A stretch of DNA of 64,000 nt, from positions 46,924 through 110,923 of the forward strand of contig CBDUKN010000008.1 in the NCBI GenBank assembly GCA_965367815.1, in the 5' to 3' direction. Shown here one piece after another: positions 1-10,935 of this stretch. The notes under the pieces are model-generated. The model made no database searches, had not been told where the DNA came from, and saw nothing but the letters and a program-made list of their open reading frames with translations. The translations under genes and the position numbers were made by a program. The DNA comes from an uncultured Thermoprotei archaeon (GTDB lineage: Archaea; Thermoproteota; Thermoprotei; Thermofilales; B15-G2). The first letter of the stretch is position 1. The number at the start of each line of letters is the position of its first letter.

Positions 1-64
1 TAAGAAGATCAATAGCTTCACTTGCTATTGGGTCACAAATAAGTACTTTATATTTCGCAGCCAT
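1..64 (-). CDS. N-terminus of a D-2-hydroxyacid/3-phosphoglycerate dehydrogenase (partial, runs off window)
   Basis: Manual translation from ATG at 64 gives MAAKYKVLICDPIASEAIDLL, a typical SerA-like start; only 21 codons visible. Confidence 0.55.
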   Translation of the reverse strand, partial: MAAKYKVLICDPIASEAIDLL

Positions 65-171
65 CTCGATTACTAGTCTTTTCTGCTTAATTAAACCTTT
101 GTTATGCGACAAAAGTTTTTATTGAAGCATAGTCTTGTGATAGGGAGCACCACTATCCGAGGCTGAGATGA

Positions 172-1041
172 TTGACAGAACCGCTAATACTCCTCGATAA
201 AGTATCGTTTAAATACAGAGGGTCTCCAGACTACGCTATTAAAGATATTTCGCTAAAAATTCATGAAGGAGATTCTGTTTTAATAGCAGGACCCTCAGGA
301 TGTGGAAAAACCACTCTCTGTAGAATTTTCAATGGTCTAATACCAAATTTCTACGAAGGAACTTTTGAGGGGAAAGCAGTTGTATGCGGCCATGATGTTA
401 CTAAAACTCCCACATATATTTTGGCAAGGTACGTTGGCATGGTTTTCCAAGAACCTGAAAACCAGCTCTTTTTCTCTACTGTAGAAAAAGAAATAGTTTT
501 CGGACTAGAAAACTTGGGTTTAAGTAGAGAAGAAATAGCAATAAGGCTGAAAGAAGTAGTAGATTACTTTAATCTACACAGTATCCTAAATAAAGCTCCA
601 TTCGAGCTATCGGGCGGTGAACAGCAGAAAGTCGCTATTGCTGCATGTATTGCAATGAAACCTAAAATACTAGTTTTAGATGAACCTACCGCAAATTTAG
701 ACCCTGTATCCGCTAAAGAAGTAATTCATCTACTTCATGATCTTAACCGAACATTGAAAATAACTATAGTAATTGTCGAACATCGTCTTGAACTAATAGC
801 GCCTATAGCAACAAGACTCATAGTAATGTATAAGGGCAGAATAATCTTTGATGGTCCTACCCGAGAAGTTCTCTCGAGAAAAGATCTTGAAACTTATGGA
901 GTGGCACCACCAAAAACTGTTGAATTATACAATAAACTTTGTGAAAAAGGAGTAAAACTCACTAAAATACCTCTATCACCACAAGAATTAAGGGAAGAAA
1001 TAACAGGTGTTGTTTATGCCAAAGGCAGTCGAAGTACGTAG
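172..1041 (+). CDS. ecfA1: ECF transporter ATPase (EcfA1/CbiO-like)
   Basis: Walker A GPSGCGKTT, Q-loop VFQEPENQ, LSGGEQQ, Walker B LVLDEP. Confidence 0.92.
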   Translation: MTEPLILLDKVSFKYRGSPDYAIKDISLKIHEGDSVLIAGPSGCGKTTLCRIFNGLIPNFYEGTFEGKAVVCGHDVTKTPTYILARYVGMVFQEPENQLFFSTVEKEIVFGLENLGLSREEIAIRLKEVVDYFNLHSILNKAPFELSGGEQQKVAIAACIAMKPKILVLDEPTANLDPVSAKEVIHLLHDLNRTLKITIVIVEHRLELIAPIATRLIVMYKGRIIFDGPTREVLSRKDLETYGVAPPKTVELYNKLCEKGVKLTKIPLSPQELREEITGVVYAKGSRST

Positions 1042-1855
1042 TTTGTACTTTAAGTATGAAGATTCAGACAAATACGCTTTAGAAGACATTAATCTCGAAA
1101 TAAAGTCTGGAGAAAAAGTAGCCATAGTAGGTGAAAACGGCGCTGGAAAAACTACTCTCATAAAGCACTTCAATGGACTACTCAAACCGACGAAAGGCTA
1201 TGTCAAAATCTTCGGTGTAGATACTAAGCAAACAACTGTAGCGAGTCTAGCTAGAAAAGTAGGCCTTGTTTTTCAGAATCCTGATCATCAATTTTTCGCA
1301 GAATCTGTTGAGAAAGAAATAGAGTTTGCACTAAGAAACTTCGGATTTAGTGACACAGAAATAAAAGACATTATTGATAAAATGCTGAAATTCTTTGGTC
1401 TTGAAAAATATAGAAAATCATCACCATTTACCTTAAGTGGAGGAGAAAAGAAACGACTAGCTATAGCTTCAGCTCTATGCTATAATCCCGATATAGTAGT
1501 TTTAGATGAGCCGACAGTAGGTCAAGACATTATCCAGAAAAGAAAACTATCACTTCTTCTAGAGAAAATATCTGAAATGAACAAAACTATAGTAGTTGTA
1601 ACACATGACATAGACTTTGTTGCAGAAAATTTTAAAAGAGTAATAGTTATGGCACAAGGTCGAGTGATAGCTGACGGCGAAGTAAATGAAATTTTAACAA
1701 ATAAAGATATCTTAAGAAAAGCAAGGCTTCTCCCTCCGCAAGTGACCTTATGTGCGTGGTATTTATCCGACCTAGGAATTTCTGAAAAAATAATTAAATT
1801 AGATGAACTTTTGGAGGAAATATTAGATCTTATCAAAGGGGCCAGATTATGTTGA
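1016..1855 (+). CDS. ecfA2: ECF transporter ATPase (EcfA2/CbiO-like)
   Basis: GENGAGKTT, FQNPDHQ, LSGGEKKR, VVLDEP; start at ATG 1016 inferred. Confidence 0.92.
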   Translation: MPKAVEVRSLYFKYEDSDKYALEDINLEIKSGEKVAIVGENGAGKTTLIKHFNGLLKPTKGYVKIFGVDTKQTTVASLARKVGLVFQNPDHQFFAESVEKEIEFALRNFGFSDTEIKDIIDKMLKFFGLEKYRKSSPFTLSGGEKKRLAIASALCYNPDIVVLDEPTVGQDIIQKRKLSLLLEKISEMNKTIVVVTHDIDFVAENFKRVIVMAQGRVIADGEVNEILTNKDILRKARLLPPQVTLCAWYLSDLGISEKIIKLDELLEEILDLIKGARLC

Positions 1856-2586
1856 GATCACTTCAGTCATTTAGATATCTTAAGAAAAACACTATTATTC
1901 ATAATCTAGACCCTAGAAGCAAAATGTTATTTGTCATTTTATTATCATTTCTTATATTTATATCAAACAACATCATAACACTTAGTTTAATAATGTTTTT
2001 AGTTATAATTACTGCATACGCAGCTAAGTCTATTTCACAGCTATTAAAGATGCTTAAAGGAATTTTGCCGTGGATTATATTTATATTCGTAGTTAATTAC
2101 TTTACGTCAGAAAAAGGAATTTTGATAGCCACTATAATGTCATTAAAGTTTACAGCCTTAGCCACAGTATTTACTCTCTTCTTTATTACAACTTCGCCCG
2201 AAGACTTTATGCTGGCTCTCAATAAACTCGGTTTACCTTATGAATATACATTAGCCTTCACTATGGCTATGAGATTTGTCCCTTCGCTAGCCAGAGATCT
2301 TCAAATAATAATCGATGCACAAAAAAGTAGAGGCCTTGAATTAGAAAAAGGCAATTTTATAGAAAGAATAAGAAGGTACATACCAATACTAGTACCGCTA
2401 ATAGTATACGAGATTAGGCGGAGTTTTATGATAGCAGAAGCGCTTGAATCGAGAGCTTTTGGATCTACTAAAAGAACATTCTATTATGAATTGAAGATAA
2501 CTAAAAATGACATTCTTTTCATTATTTTCTCATGTATTATTGCAATGGTACTATATTTGATAGAAGTATTCTTTAAGTTATTCTAA
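1849..2586 (+). CDS. ecfT: ECF transporter transmembrane T component
   Basis: LDPRSK N-terminal motif, AQKSRG and ALESRAF motifs, hydrophobic, follows two ATPases. Confidence 0.92.
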   Translation: MLRSLQSFRYLKKNTIIHNLDPRSKMLFVILLSFLIFISNNIITLSLIMFLVIITAYAAKSISQLLKMLKGILPWIIFIFVVNYFTSEKGILIATIMSLKFTALATVFTLFFITTSPEDFMLALNKLGLPYEYTLAFTMAMRFVPSLARDLQIIIDAQKSRGLELEKGNFIERIRRYIPILVPLIVYEIRRSFMIAEALESRAFGSTKRTFYYELKITKNDILFIIFSCIIAMVLYLIEVFFKLF

Positions 2587-3132
2587 TCCTCTTTTTCTTA
2601 ATACTTCAATCCATGGATTTTCTCTAAGATAACTTGGAAGAGTTTCCTCTTCGGGAGTATAGCTTGCTACAATTTCTTCACGAGTGGGCAACTCGCTTAT
2701 TTTTATCATATACCTTAGCGATCTTAGATTCTTGTTTAACTCCTTTATCTGCTCAGCTAAATTAGCTATTTCTTTGATTAGAGCTGAAAGTAATTCTGCA
2801 TTTGCTGGCTGGGCAGTAGGCTTCTCTACTGTAATCGAAGGTTTTGTTTGTATTTCTTTAAATGCTTCCGCCAATATTTTGGCGAGAACCTTTAGTAAAG
2901 CCTCTTCACTAATGGACGCTTCTGCTGTGACAGTAGAAGGTGTTGAAGTAGCTGCTACTTGAGTTTGTGTCCGTAAGCCTTTTTCGCGTTGAAGTTTGCG
3001 GTATTTGGATAAAGCCTTGTATACTGTTTTTATAGAAACTTTAAGTTTCTCAGCTATCTCTCGTGGAGAGAGTCCATTAAGATATTCTTTTACAATAGCT
3101 TTTTCAGTATCAGTAAGCCTTATGGACGACAA
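2578..3132 (-). CDS. HTH-domain protein with coiled coil
   Basis: N-terminal LSPREIAEKLKVSIKTVYKAL HTH; Thr/Ala linker; heptad region; C-terminal NPW motif. Confidence 0.7.
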   Translation of the reverse strand: MSSIRLTDTEKAIVKEYLNGLSPREIAEKLKVSIKTVYKALSKYRKLQREKGLRTQTQVAATSTPSTVTAEASISEEALLKVLAKILAEAFKEIQTKPSITVEKPTAQPANAELLSALIKEIANLAEQIKELNKNLRSLRYMIKISELPTREEIVASYTPEEETLPSYLRENPWIEVLRKRGLE

Positions 3133-3192
3133 TGTTTAAACCCTAGTGTAAAGTTGATATAGAAAAGTATTTTAACGTTATGTTTAGAGACT

Positions 3193-5397
3193 TTAAGGCT
3201 TAATGAAGTCTTCGGGTTTTGGTATTTCTTTTGGAAGTCCCTTACGCTCTCTTATCTTCAGAATAAGGTCTGCTAGCATTGATTCAGGTACTGGAGCCCA
3301 CTTGTAGAACTGTGTAGACCAGAAAGCTCTTCCTGCTGTAGCGCTTCTAAGCTCATCTGCTAAATCAAATGTTTCTGATACTGGAATTTCTCCTTTTACA
3401 TGCATCAACATACCGCTTTTTTCTAAGCTCACTATTTTTCCTCGCTTGCGTGTAATTACGTTGAGTACTCCGCCTAAGTAGTTTTCAGGTACTTTTACTT
3501 CAATCTTGTAAATTGGCTCTAGTAGCGTTGGTTTAGCTGAAAGGAAGCCTGCAAATATTGCGTTCTTAGTAGCTGGCATTATCTGGGCAGGTCCTCTGTG
3601 TGCCGGATCTTCGTGTATTATAGCGTCATGAAGAATTACTTTTATTCCACGGACTGGTTCGTGGCATAGAGGCCCTTCAGCTAGAGCCCATCTAAAGCCC
3701 ATTATTATAGTGTCTCTAACTTCTCTTAGGTGCTGGACACCTTTTGTTAAGTCGACTAAAATGTTTAGATTATCGTCTATAGCCCATATTCCTCTAGCTT
3801 CGTCTGCGTCCCAACCTGCTTGTTCTCTTAGTATTTTAGCTCTTGTTCTCCAATCCTGGTCATCGTATACAATACCTTTCTGTAACAGCTCTAGTGTTTC
3901 TTCATTTAATGGCTCTACGCTTATATATAGTTTGTTGTGCTTGTTAGGTGACTTGCCCTCAAACGGTCCTGCTACTTTACGTATTGTCTCTCTGTATCTG
4001 ATTACAGGCGGCGATGTAACCACTTCTATTCCTGACCTCTGTTTCAAGTCCCATAGTGCGATTTCTAGGTGAAGTGTACCCATTCCGCTTAGTAGATACT
4101 CTCCGGTCTCCTCGTTAATGTAAACGTGCAATGTCGGGTCTTCAATAGCCATCTTTCTGAGTATTTCTACAAGTTTAGGTAAGTCGCTGCTGTTCTTAGG
4201 TTCTATAGCTATTGTAACTACGGGCTCGCTTATGTATCTGAGTCTTTCGAACGGCGCTGCCACGTCCTTATATTTAACATCAACTATTGTCTCTCCTGCT
4301 CTCGCTTTTTCTAGACCTAAGAGAGCTGCAATATTACCAGCAGTGATTTCATTTGCCACTTCTCTGACAGGACCCATGTAGAGACCTACTTGAAGTATTC
4401 TCTCTGTGGTCTTAGCTCCTATAAGGTATACTTCTTCGCCTGTATAAACGGTTCCTGAGAATACTCTACCTGTAGTAACTAATCCAGCATGAGGATCTGC
4501 TACTACTTTAGTTGCACATATAACTGTTGGTCCATCGGGATCACACTCTAACATAGCTTTACCTATTTCCGAGTTAAGGTCTCCTTTCCATAGCTTGGGT
4601 ATTCTGTATTTCTGAGCTTCTGCAGGGTTAGGTATATGCTCGATAACCATGTCGAGCACGGCTACGTATAACGGAGCCTCCTTAGCTAGTTCTTCGTAAT
4701 ATCCTCTCGTGTATGCGTCAATTATATTTGAGAACTTGAATCCGAGTTTCTTTGCTAAAGGTATGGTCAAACCCCATTTATGAAGCGCCGCACCAAAAGC
4801 TACCTGTCCTTTAGCTGGGTCGACTTTCCACTTATCTCTGTACTCGGGTTCTGCATATAGGTCTATTAACATGTTGAACTCTTTTATAATCTGGACGAAG
4901 CGTTGCTGAATCTCGCTTGCAGATAATTTAAGTTCTCTTATGAGCCTGTCGACCTTGTTTATGAAAAGAAGTGGTCTAACTCTTTCTTCGAGAGCCTGTC
5001 TTACTACAGTTTCAGTCTGGGTCATTACTCCTTCTACAGCGTCGACAACTACTATTGCTCCGTCCATTGCTCTCAGAGATCTAGTTACGTGGCCTGTGAA
5101 GTCGACGTGGCCTGGTGTATCTATTAGGTTTATTACGTATCCTTTGCCTTCCCATTCATGGTATAGGCTTACGTTAGCTGCCTTTACAGTCATTTGTCTT
5201 AACTGCTCTATTTCTACGTAGTCTAAGGCGAGAGCTTTTCCTGCAACTTTAGGTGAGATAAGGCCTGCTCCCATTAGCAAGCTGTCTGAGAGAGTTGTTT
5301 TTCCGTGGTCTACGTGGGCTAAGGTACCTATATTTCGTACTCTTTCAACGTCTCTCATTAACTTTAATACTTCCTCGGTCTGTTTGTATTTAGGCAT
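3193..5397 (-). CDS. fusA: Elongation factor aEF-2
   Basis: [21 protein letters not shown], diphthamide loop HRGPAQ; 734 aa. Confidence 0.98.
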   Translation of the reverse strand: MPKYKQTEEVLKLMRDVERVRNIGTLAHVDHGKTTLSDSLLMGAGLISPKVAGKALALDYVEIEQLRQMTVKAANVSLYHEWEGKGYVINLIDTPGHVDFTGHVTRSLRAMDGAIVVVDAVEGVMTQTETVVRQALEERVRPLLFINKVDRLIRELKLSASEIQQRFVQIIKEFNMLIDLYAEPEYRDKWKVDPAKGQVAFGAALHKWGLTIPLAKKLGFKFSNIIDAYTRGYYEELAKEAPLYVAVLDMVIEHIPNPAEAQKYRIPKLWKGDLNSEIGKAMLECDPDGPTVICATKVVADPHAGLVTTGRVFSGTVYTGEEVYLIGAKTTERILQVGLYMGPVREVANEITAGNIAALLGLEKARAGETIVDVKYKDVAAPFERLRYISEPVVTIAIEPKNSSDLPKLVEILRKMAIEDPTLHVYINEETGEYLLSGMGTLHLEIALWDLKQRSGIEVVTSPPVIRYRETIRKVAGPFEGKSPNKHNKLYISVEPLNEETLELLQKGIVYDDQDWRTRAKILREQAGWDADEARGIWAIDDNLNILVDLTKGVQHLREVRDTIIMGFRWALAEGPLCHEPVRGIKVILHDAIIHEDPAHRGPAQIMPATKNAIFAGFLSAKPTLLEPIYKIEVKVPENYLGGVLNVITRKRGKIVSLEKSGMLMHVKGEIPVSETFDLADELRSATAGRAFWSTQFYKWAPVPESMLADLILKIRERKGLPKEIPKPEDFIKP

Positions 5398-5518
5398 ACA
5401 ATCACCTTTACATTACTCCTTTGGTATCGCAATATAAATCTGTCTCCTAAATAAATTTACTCTCCAATAGAGGAATTTAATTATAGAAGAAGACGTACAA
5501 TTAATTTCTAAAAACGGC

Positions 5519-5944
5519 TTAGACTATCATTGTAGCCATTGAAGCTATTCTAGGCCAACGGTCTGCCGCTTCTTTTGCTACAGGTCCTCTTATTTCGCTT
5601 CCTTTAGGATCACCTTCGGGAGACACTATCACTATGGCGTTGTCTTCAAACGCTATCCATGTACCGTCAGGTCTTCTGTAAGGTCTTTTCTGTCTTATTA
5701 CTATACCCCTCATTATTTGCTTTCTGAGCTCAGGTCTACCCTCCCTAATAGACACTATAACCATGTCTCCTACTGCTGCTCCAGGTATTCTTCTCCAGAC
5801 TGTTTTTGCTCTAATTACACCTATTATTTTTGCCAGCTGTGCTCCTGAATTATCGCTAACTTTTACTAAAGACCCTACGAATATTCCCGGGGTGATATGT
5901 AGCCTATACGATACTCCAGAGACTTTAGCTCCTCTCTTTGCCAT
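5519..5944 (-). CDS. rpl14: 50S ribosomal protein uL14
   Basis: [26 protein letters not shown]. Confidence 0.97.
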   Translation of the reverse strand: MAKRGAKVSGVSYRLHITPGIFVGSLVKVSDNSGAQLAKIIGVIRAKTVWRRIPGAAVGDMVIVSIREGRPELRKQIMRGIVIRQKRPYRRPDGTWIAFEDNAIVIVSPEGDPKGSEIRGPVAKEAADRWPRIASMATMIV

Positions 5945-6011
5945 TAGCTCTCCCTCTTCTCAAAATGAAGAACTCCTCTTAAAATCTTTCGCCTGTATAT
6001 CCTCACTACCG

Positions 6012-6344
6012 TCAGCTCTTCTTTTTGCCTAAAACTACAAACGAAACTGTTTTCGCTATAGGTCTGCATTCTCCAATAACTACTTTATCTCCAACCTCTA
6101 CTTCAACGCAAGGCGGTAAATGAGCATGTATTTTTCTTCTTCTGCGCTCGTATCTCTTGTATTTTGGAATATATACAAGGTACTCGTGAAGAATTACAGC
6201 AGTTTTATTCATCTTTTTCTTAATTAAAGTTCCCTCTAACAGAATTCCTCTAACAGATAGTGTACCGTGAAATGGGCAGTTTTTATCATTGCATGTTTTT
6301 TCAGGCTCCTCTATCCAACTTATACCTACACTTCTTTTAGCCAT
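6012..6344 (-). CDS. rps17: 30S ribosomal protein uS17
   Basis: CNDKNCPFHG, KYKRYERRR, IGECRPIAKTVSF. Confidence 0.97.
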   Translation of the reverse strand: MAKRSVGISWIEEPEKTCNDKNCPFHGTLSVRGILLEGTLIKKKMNKTAVILHEYLVYIPKYKRYERRRRKIHAHLPPCVEVEVGDKVVIGECRPIAKTVSFVVLGKKKS

Positions 6345-6562
6345 TACTTACCACCCCTTTCTCTCTTCAATTCTTCCTCCCTCTCTATTGTAAGGACCCT
6401 AGCTATATTTTTTCTCAAGATTCTTATTCTAGCCGGATTATCTAGCACTCCTCTGCTTTCCTGCATAGCTCTTAGCCTCATTAACTCAGTTTTAAGCTCT
6501 ATTAGTAGCTTACGTCGTTCTTCAGGAGTCATTTTTCTTATATCATCAGGCTTTAGCGCCAT
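6344..6562 (-). CDS. rpl29: 50S ribosomal protein uL29
   Basis: NPARIRILRKNIARVLT; start at ATG 6562 inferred. Confidence 0.95.
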   Translation of the reverse strand: MALKPDDIRKMTPEERRKLLIELKTELMRLRAMQESRGVLDNPARIRILRKNIARVLTIEREEELKRERGGK

Positions 6563-6567
6563 ATATC

Positions 6568-7203
6568 TCACCTAGCTGCTACTTGTTCAGGAGTCTTTAT
6601 TTTAATATCTTCTGGAGTCTCTACAGGAGGCATTATCCTTACTTCAATTCCATACATTCCGGGTTTTAAAAGGACTTCTACTATAGCTTCATCTACGTAA
6701 ACATCTTTTAACTGTCCGACTTTATATATCACTCCAGCAGTATACTTCTCGTATCTGGCTCTTTCAGATGTAAGCTTACCGCTAATAACTATTTCTGCTC
6801 CTCTAGCCCCAGCCTCCATAATTCTTCTTAAGGCGATAAATGCGGCTCGCCTAAACTTTACTCCTCGCGCTAATGCATTAGCTATGTGATATGCCACTAT
6901 TTTTGCATTGAGATAGGGGTTCGGTATTTCCATGACCTCTATTTGAGGATTATCTAGTCCGAATTTTGTTTGAAGTATTCTAGCCAGTTGCTTAATGTTT
7001 GCTCCGCGTCTACCAATTACCATAAATGGTCTCTCTGCATAAATTATAACTCTTGTACCCAAGGGTGTACGCATTAAGTCTACTTTAACATATCCAGCTC
7101 TACAGAGAACTCTTCTCAAATACTCGTTAATTTCCATTCTGCGTAAACCGCGTATAATAAATCTCTTCTCGACATCAACCTTTTTCTCCAAACCAAAGCT
7201 CAT
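6568..7203 (-). CDS. rps3: 30S ribosomal protein uS3
   Basis: KH motif VIGRRGANIK, GAEIVISGKL. Confidence 0.97.
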   Translation of the reverse strand: MSFGLEKKVDVEKRFIIRGLRRMEINEYLRRVLCRAGYVKVDLMRTPLGTRVIIYAERPFMVIGRRGANIKQLARILQTKFGLDNPQIEVMEIPNPYLNAKIVAYHIANALARGVKFRRAAFIALRRIMEAGARGAEIVISGKLTSERARYEKYTAGVIYKVGQLKDVYVDEAIVEVLLKPGMYGIEVRIMPPVETPEDIKIKTPEQVAAR

Positions 7204-7208
7204 ACTAC

Positions 7209-7670
7209 CTACCTCTCTTCAAGAGCTATTTCTACATGAACTAACTGCTGGAAATAGGGTGTTGCTCTACCAAACGCTCTCGGAATATATTTTCTAATTT
7301 TAATACTTTTGTGAGCAGCTGCATGAACTACGTAGAGATTCGATGTGTCTAGACCTTTATAGGCAGCATTTGCTTCAGCATTCTTAAGTACTTCGAGTAT
7401 CGCTTTAGCTGCCTTAACGGGCCATCGAACAGCAGGCCATTTATCTACAGCTTTATGATGCGGCACCTTCTTTTTGTATGTTCTGAACGGTATTGCTTGC
7501 TTCATTTTAATTACGTCTACAAGTATCTTCTTAGCTTCCTCCAATTTTCGGTTTCTTATGAAATGACATATTTCTACTGCGTGCTTATATGATATTCTTA
7601 AGTCTCTACCAGCTGCGATTGCAGTTCTCACGGGATCCAAGTCCTGTCGTGAAAAGTGCCATCTCGTCAT
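7209..7670 (-). CDS. rpl22: 50S ribosomal protein uL22
   Basis: RISYKHAVEIC, RWPVKAA, PRAFGRATP. Confidence 0.97.
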   Translation of the reverse strand: MTRWHFSRQDLDPVRTAIAAGRDLRISYKHAVEICHFIRNRKLEEAKKILVDVIKMKQAIPFRTYKKKVPHHKAVDKWPAVRWPVKAAKAILEVLKNAEANAAYKGLDTSNLYVVHAAAHKSIKIRKYIPRAFGRATPYFQQLVHVEIALEER

Positions 7671-7746
7671 AATATACGGGAGAAAAAAATAATGGTAAAT
7701 TTAAATTTTTCTATCTCTAGTTAGCTAATACCGGGAGGGGACCCTA

Positions 7747-8607
7747 ATGTCTCTTAAAGCATATGTTAAGTTAACCCGTCTGGACCACGGCGTACTAAGC
7801 GTTATTGGGGTTCTCGCAGGACTCCTAACAAATTGTTCAAGCAATGTATCGGTACTAAAGATCACTATCGCAGTAGTAGTTCCTCTCTTCATTGAAATGG
7901 GGCTTTTTGCGTTAAATGACTATTTTAACATCGAAGAAGACAAAATAAATGCACCCGACAGGCCTCTTGTTCGAGGAGATATCTCGCCAAAAGCTGCACT
8001 TACTCTAGGAATAGCTGCTTTGCTTATAGGCTACACAGCAGCTCTATTAGCTATATTAGAAGGCAGAATGCTTTCTATAGTTTTGATAACATTGATCATC
8101 ATAATAGGAGTACTGTACGACGCAAGAATAAAGACTCTAGGGCTTATCGGCAACCTGATAGTATCATTCTCTACAGCGTCCACGTTTATTTATGGAGCAT
8201 TATTAGCCAAAAGTATTGTGGACATAAATATGGCTACTTGGATAATCTTCATTACGGCATTCCTATCGTGCCTTGGAAGAGAGATACTTAAAGGCGTTAG
8301 AGACTACTTGGGAGACAAAAAAGCTGGAGTATTAACTCTTGCAGTAAAGTATGGCACTCAACGAGCAGTGGCAATATCGAGTATTTTGATAGTATCCGCA
8401 ATAGTAGCCGCGTTATCAAATATCATTTATGTGAAAAAACCAGCAGTTTATACAGTTTTATTAATTCCTGCAGTAATGCTTTTCGCTGTAGCAATAGCGA
8501 TATCCTTCAAAAATCCAGATGATGTCAAGCTCGCAGAAAAAGCCAGAAAATATACACTATATGCTATGGGTTTAGGGCTAATAGCCTTTTTAGCAGGAAT
8601 GATCTAA
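7747..8607 (+). CDS. UbiA-family prenyltransferase, probable digeranylgeranylglyceryl phosphate synthase
   Basis: NDYFNIEEDKINAPDRPL and GREILKGVRDYLGD motifs; multi-TM. Confidence 0.88.
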   Translation: MSLKAYVKLTRLDHGVLSVIGVLAGLLTNCSSNVSVLKITIAVVVPLFIEMGLFALNDYFNIEEDKINAPDRPLVRGDISPKAALTLGIAALLIGYTAALLAILEGRMLSIVLITLIIIIGVLYDARIKTLGLIGNLIVSFSTASTFIYGALLAKSIVDINMATWIIFITAFLSCLGREILKGVRDYLGDKKAGVLTLAVKYGTQRAVAISSILIVSAIVAALSNIIYVKKPAVYTVLLIPAVMLFAVAIAISFKNPDDVKLAEKARKYTLYAMGLGLIAFLAGMI

Positions 8608-8645
8608 ATTAATTTGGGTAAATATCTTAGAAAGTATAGAGAACT

Positions 8646-9053
8646 TCACTTAAGTGGAACATACATGCTTGACCTTGTTGCTTTAAGTCCAGGCTCTCCG
8701 TGTTCTACTTTCTTTGTTGTTAAAGCGAATTCTCCAAGGTAATGGCCGATCATCTCAGGCGTTATTGTGACAGGGACAAATTCTTTTCCATTATACACTC
8801 CTATAGTGACACCTACCATTTCCGGCAATATGATCATATCCCTTTCGTGTGTTTTTATGAATACTTTCTTCCCTTCTTTCATTAGCTTCTTTGCCTTTCT
8901 TATTTTTTCGAGCAATCTTCGCTTTTCGTAAGACAACCCTCGCAGTAAGCTTCTGCGCTGCCTTGCTGGGAGCAGTTTAATGAATTCATCCATTGGCATT
9001 TTTAATAGTTCTTCGAAGGTATATCCCCTGTATCTAAATTCCTTATAGCTCAT
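8646..9053 (-). CDS. rps19: 30S ribosomal protein uS19
   Basis: [24 protein letters not shown]. Confidence 0.97.
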   Translation of the reverse strand: MSYKEFRYRGYTFEELLKMPMDEFIKLLPARQRRSLLRGLSYEKRRLLEKIRKAKKLMKEGKKVFIKTHERDMIILPEMVGVTIGVYNGKEFVPVTITPEMIGHYLGEFALTTKKVEHGEPGLKATRSSMYVPLK

Positions 9054-9126
9054 AGTCTTTCTCCCTATTACACTCTATGTTATAAATCTTACTCATTTTA
9101 ACCAAGCGATACTACGTAACAGCATG

Positions 9127-9849
9127 CTAGCCTTTTCTTCTGCCTGTTCTTCTTGGTGCTATGTGACCCACTTTCTGACCTGGAGGCGCTGTACGCGGTA
9201 CAGGTGTACCTCCTTTGGGGTGTGCTCCTCCGCCGTGTGGATGCGCGTAAGCACCCATGGCTTTTCCTCTAACTGTTGGATACTTCCATGCCTTAGATCT
9301 AGATAAGTGGTACTTTTTGCCAGCCTTGAGGAATGGTTTTTCTACGCGTCCTCCTCCGGCGACCACACCTATTGTGGCTCTGCACCTAATGTTTATTTCC
9401 TTAGTTTTTCCCGAAGGTAACTGTACAAGTGCTTTACTTCCGCTTTTTGCGAGAAGAATAGCATATGTTCCGCTAGACCTAGCTATTTTTCCTCCGTCTC
9501 CAGGCTTAAGCTCTACGTTACATATCTTAGTACCTTCAGGTATTGAATACAGAGGAAGTATGTTTCCATTTCTAGGCGCGGCGTTCTCACCATACTCGAT
9601 TATTTGACCTACATAGAGGCCTTCAACAGCTACAGTAAGCATTTCTGTTTTATCTTCGAAAACTATTTTTACCAATGGTGCCCCTCTGCCGGGGTCATGA
9701 AGTAGCTCAACTACCTTACCTTTAAGCCCTCTTTTTATCTCCTCTTCATTAAATACCCTATATTTGGCTGGTCCTACTTTCTTCCATCTAGGAGACCTAA
9801 ATACAGACCCTCCGCGCCCTCTCCTTTGTACTATTAGTCGTTTACCCAT
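9127..9849 (-). CDS. rpl2: 50S ribosomal protein uL2
   Basis: HDPGRGAP, ARSSGT, HPHGGG. Confidence 0.98.
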   Translation of the reverse strand: MGKRLIVQRRGRGGSVFRSPRWKKVGPAKYRVFNEEEIKRGLKGKVVELLHDPGRGAPLVKIVFEDKTEMLTVAVEGLYVGQIIEYGENAAPRNGNILPLYSIPEGTKICNVELKPGDGGKIARSSGTYAILLAKSGSKALVQLPSGKTKEINIRCRATIGVVAGGGRVEKPFLKAGKKYHLSRSKAWKYPTVRGKAMGAYAHPHGGGAHPKGGTPVPRTAPPGQKVGHIAPRRTGRRKG

Positions 9850-9860
9850 TTTTCACCACC

Positions 9861-10127
9861 TTACAGTAATCCTAATCTAGATGCTACTTCCTCAGCCTTA
9901 TACTCAGGAGCTAGCTTTACATAAGCTTTTTTCTCGCCTTCAGGCGTTATAAGTGTATTGACTTTAACTACCTTTACTCCAAATAGCTTCTCTACTGTCT
10001 CTCTTATTTGATGCTTAGTAGCTTTGCGATGAACAATAAATACTAAAGTATTCTCTTTTTCAATTTTAGTCAAAGCTTTTTCAGTCATTAGCGGCCTTAT
10101 AATTATAGAGTAATAATCAATACCCAT
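9861..10127 (-). CDS. rpl23: 50S ribosomal protein uL23
   Basis: PLMTEKA, VNTLIT, KKAYVKL; start at ATG 10127 inferred. Confidence 0.96.
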   Translation of the reverse strand: MGIDYYSIIIRPLMTEKALTKIEKENTLVFIVHRKATKHQIRETVEKLFGVKVVKVNTLITPEGEKKAYVKLAPEYKAEEVASRLGLL

Positions 10128-10137
10128 AATTATCCCC

Positions 10138-10935
10138 CTACATAGTTTCAAACACTAGCTGCATAATTCTGTCTTCATATTTCTTCTCGAGAATTTTAAG
10201 AGCAGATTTTGTCCATAATGTAAGTCTACCGGGATGCCCGCCGGGAGCAAGATGCATTGTGCTTAGCTGGTCTACTGTGACTACGTCTACACCTGGAAGA
10301 TTTCTCGCAGCTTTAATTATAGGTGCTGGAGACGGTATTACTATGAGCACGCTTTTCGGCTTCTTATAACGCCGCCCTCTCATTTTACCTTTACCTGCTC
10401 TTACTTTTCGGCCTTTTTTAGCTCTTTCAACATCTTCCCACAAGCCTAGCTTCATGAAAAGTTCTCTGACTTCTCTTGTTTTCTCTAATTTAAGTATGTC
10501 GTCTACAACTATAAGTGGAATATGAGGCACTTTATCTACTACATGGCCTCTTTTTGCAACAATATCCTTATTTGCTGTAGCTGCAATAGCTGAGAGTATA
10601 GCCAGTTGTCTTTCCTTTTTGTTTACTTCTTCATGAATTACTTTTTCAACTACTGGTGGGTGAGCTCTTCTTCCTTTAACGGTCATTGGTGCAAATGCTG
10701 CTCTCGAAGACCCCTTAATTCTCGGTACACGAGCTACTCCGTAGCCTACTCCCCAGCTTTCTGCTGTTGTTCTTTTACCTGCCATAGGGTCTCTTCCCTG
10801 CGGCTGTACTCTAGCAGTAAAAGCTGACAAAAAGTCTCTTCTTATGACATCTATTCTCAGTGGAATATCGAAGATCTTAGGTCTTTCTATTTCCTCTACA
10901 ACTTTTCCTTCAAGGTCATATACTGGGATCTTCAC
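10138..10935 (-). CDS. rpl4: 50S ribosomal protein uL4
   Basis: [34 protein letters not shown]. Confidence 0.97.
   Translation of the reverse strand: MKIPVYDLEGKVVEEIERPKIFDIPLRIDVIRRDFLSAFTARVQPQGRDPMAGKRTTAESWGVGYGVARVPRIKGSSRAAFAPMTVKGRRAHPPVVEKVIHEEVNKKERQLAILSAIAATANKDIVAKRGHVVDKVPHIPLIVVDDILKLEKTREVRELFMKLGLWEDVERAKKGRKVRAGKGKMRGRRYKKPKSVLIVIPSPAPIIKAARNLPGVDVVTVDQLSTMHLAPGGHPGRLTLWTKSALKILEKKYEDRIMQLVFETM

Noticed and set aside
5398-5518. ORB-like word CTCCAATAGAGG as a chromosomal origin
   Set aside because: Single weak match, not repeated, far from cdc6
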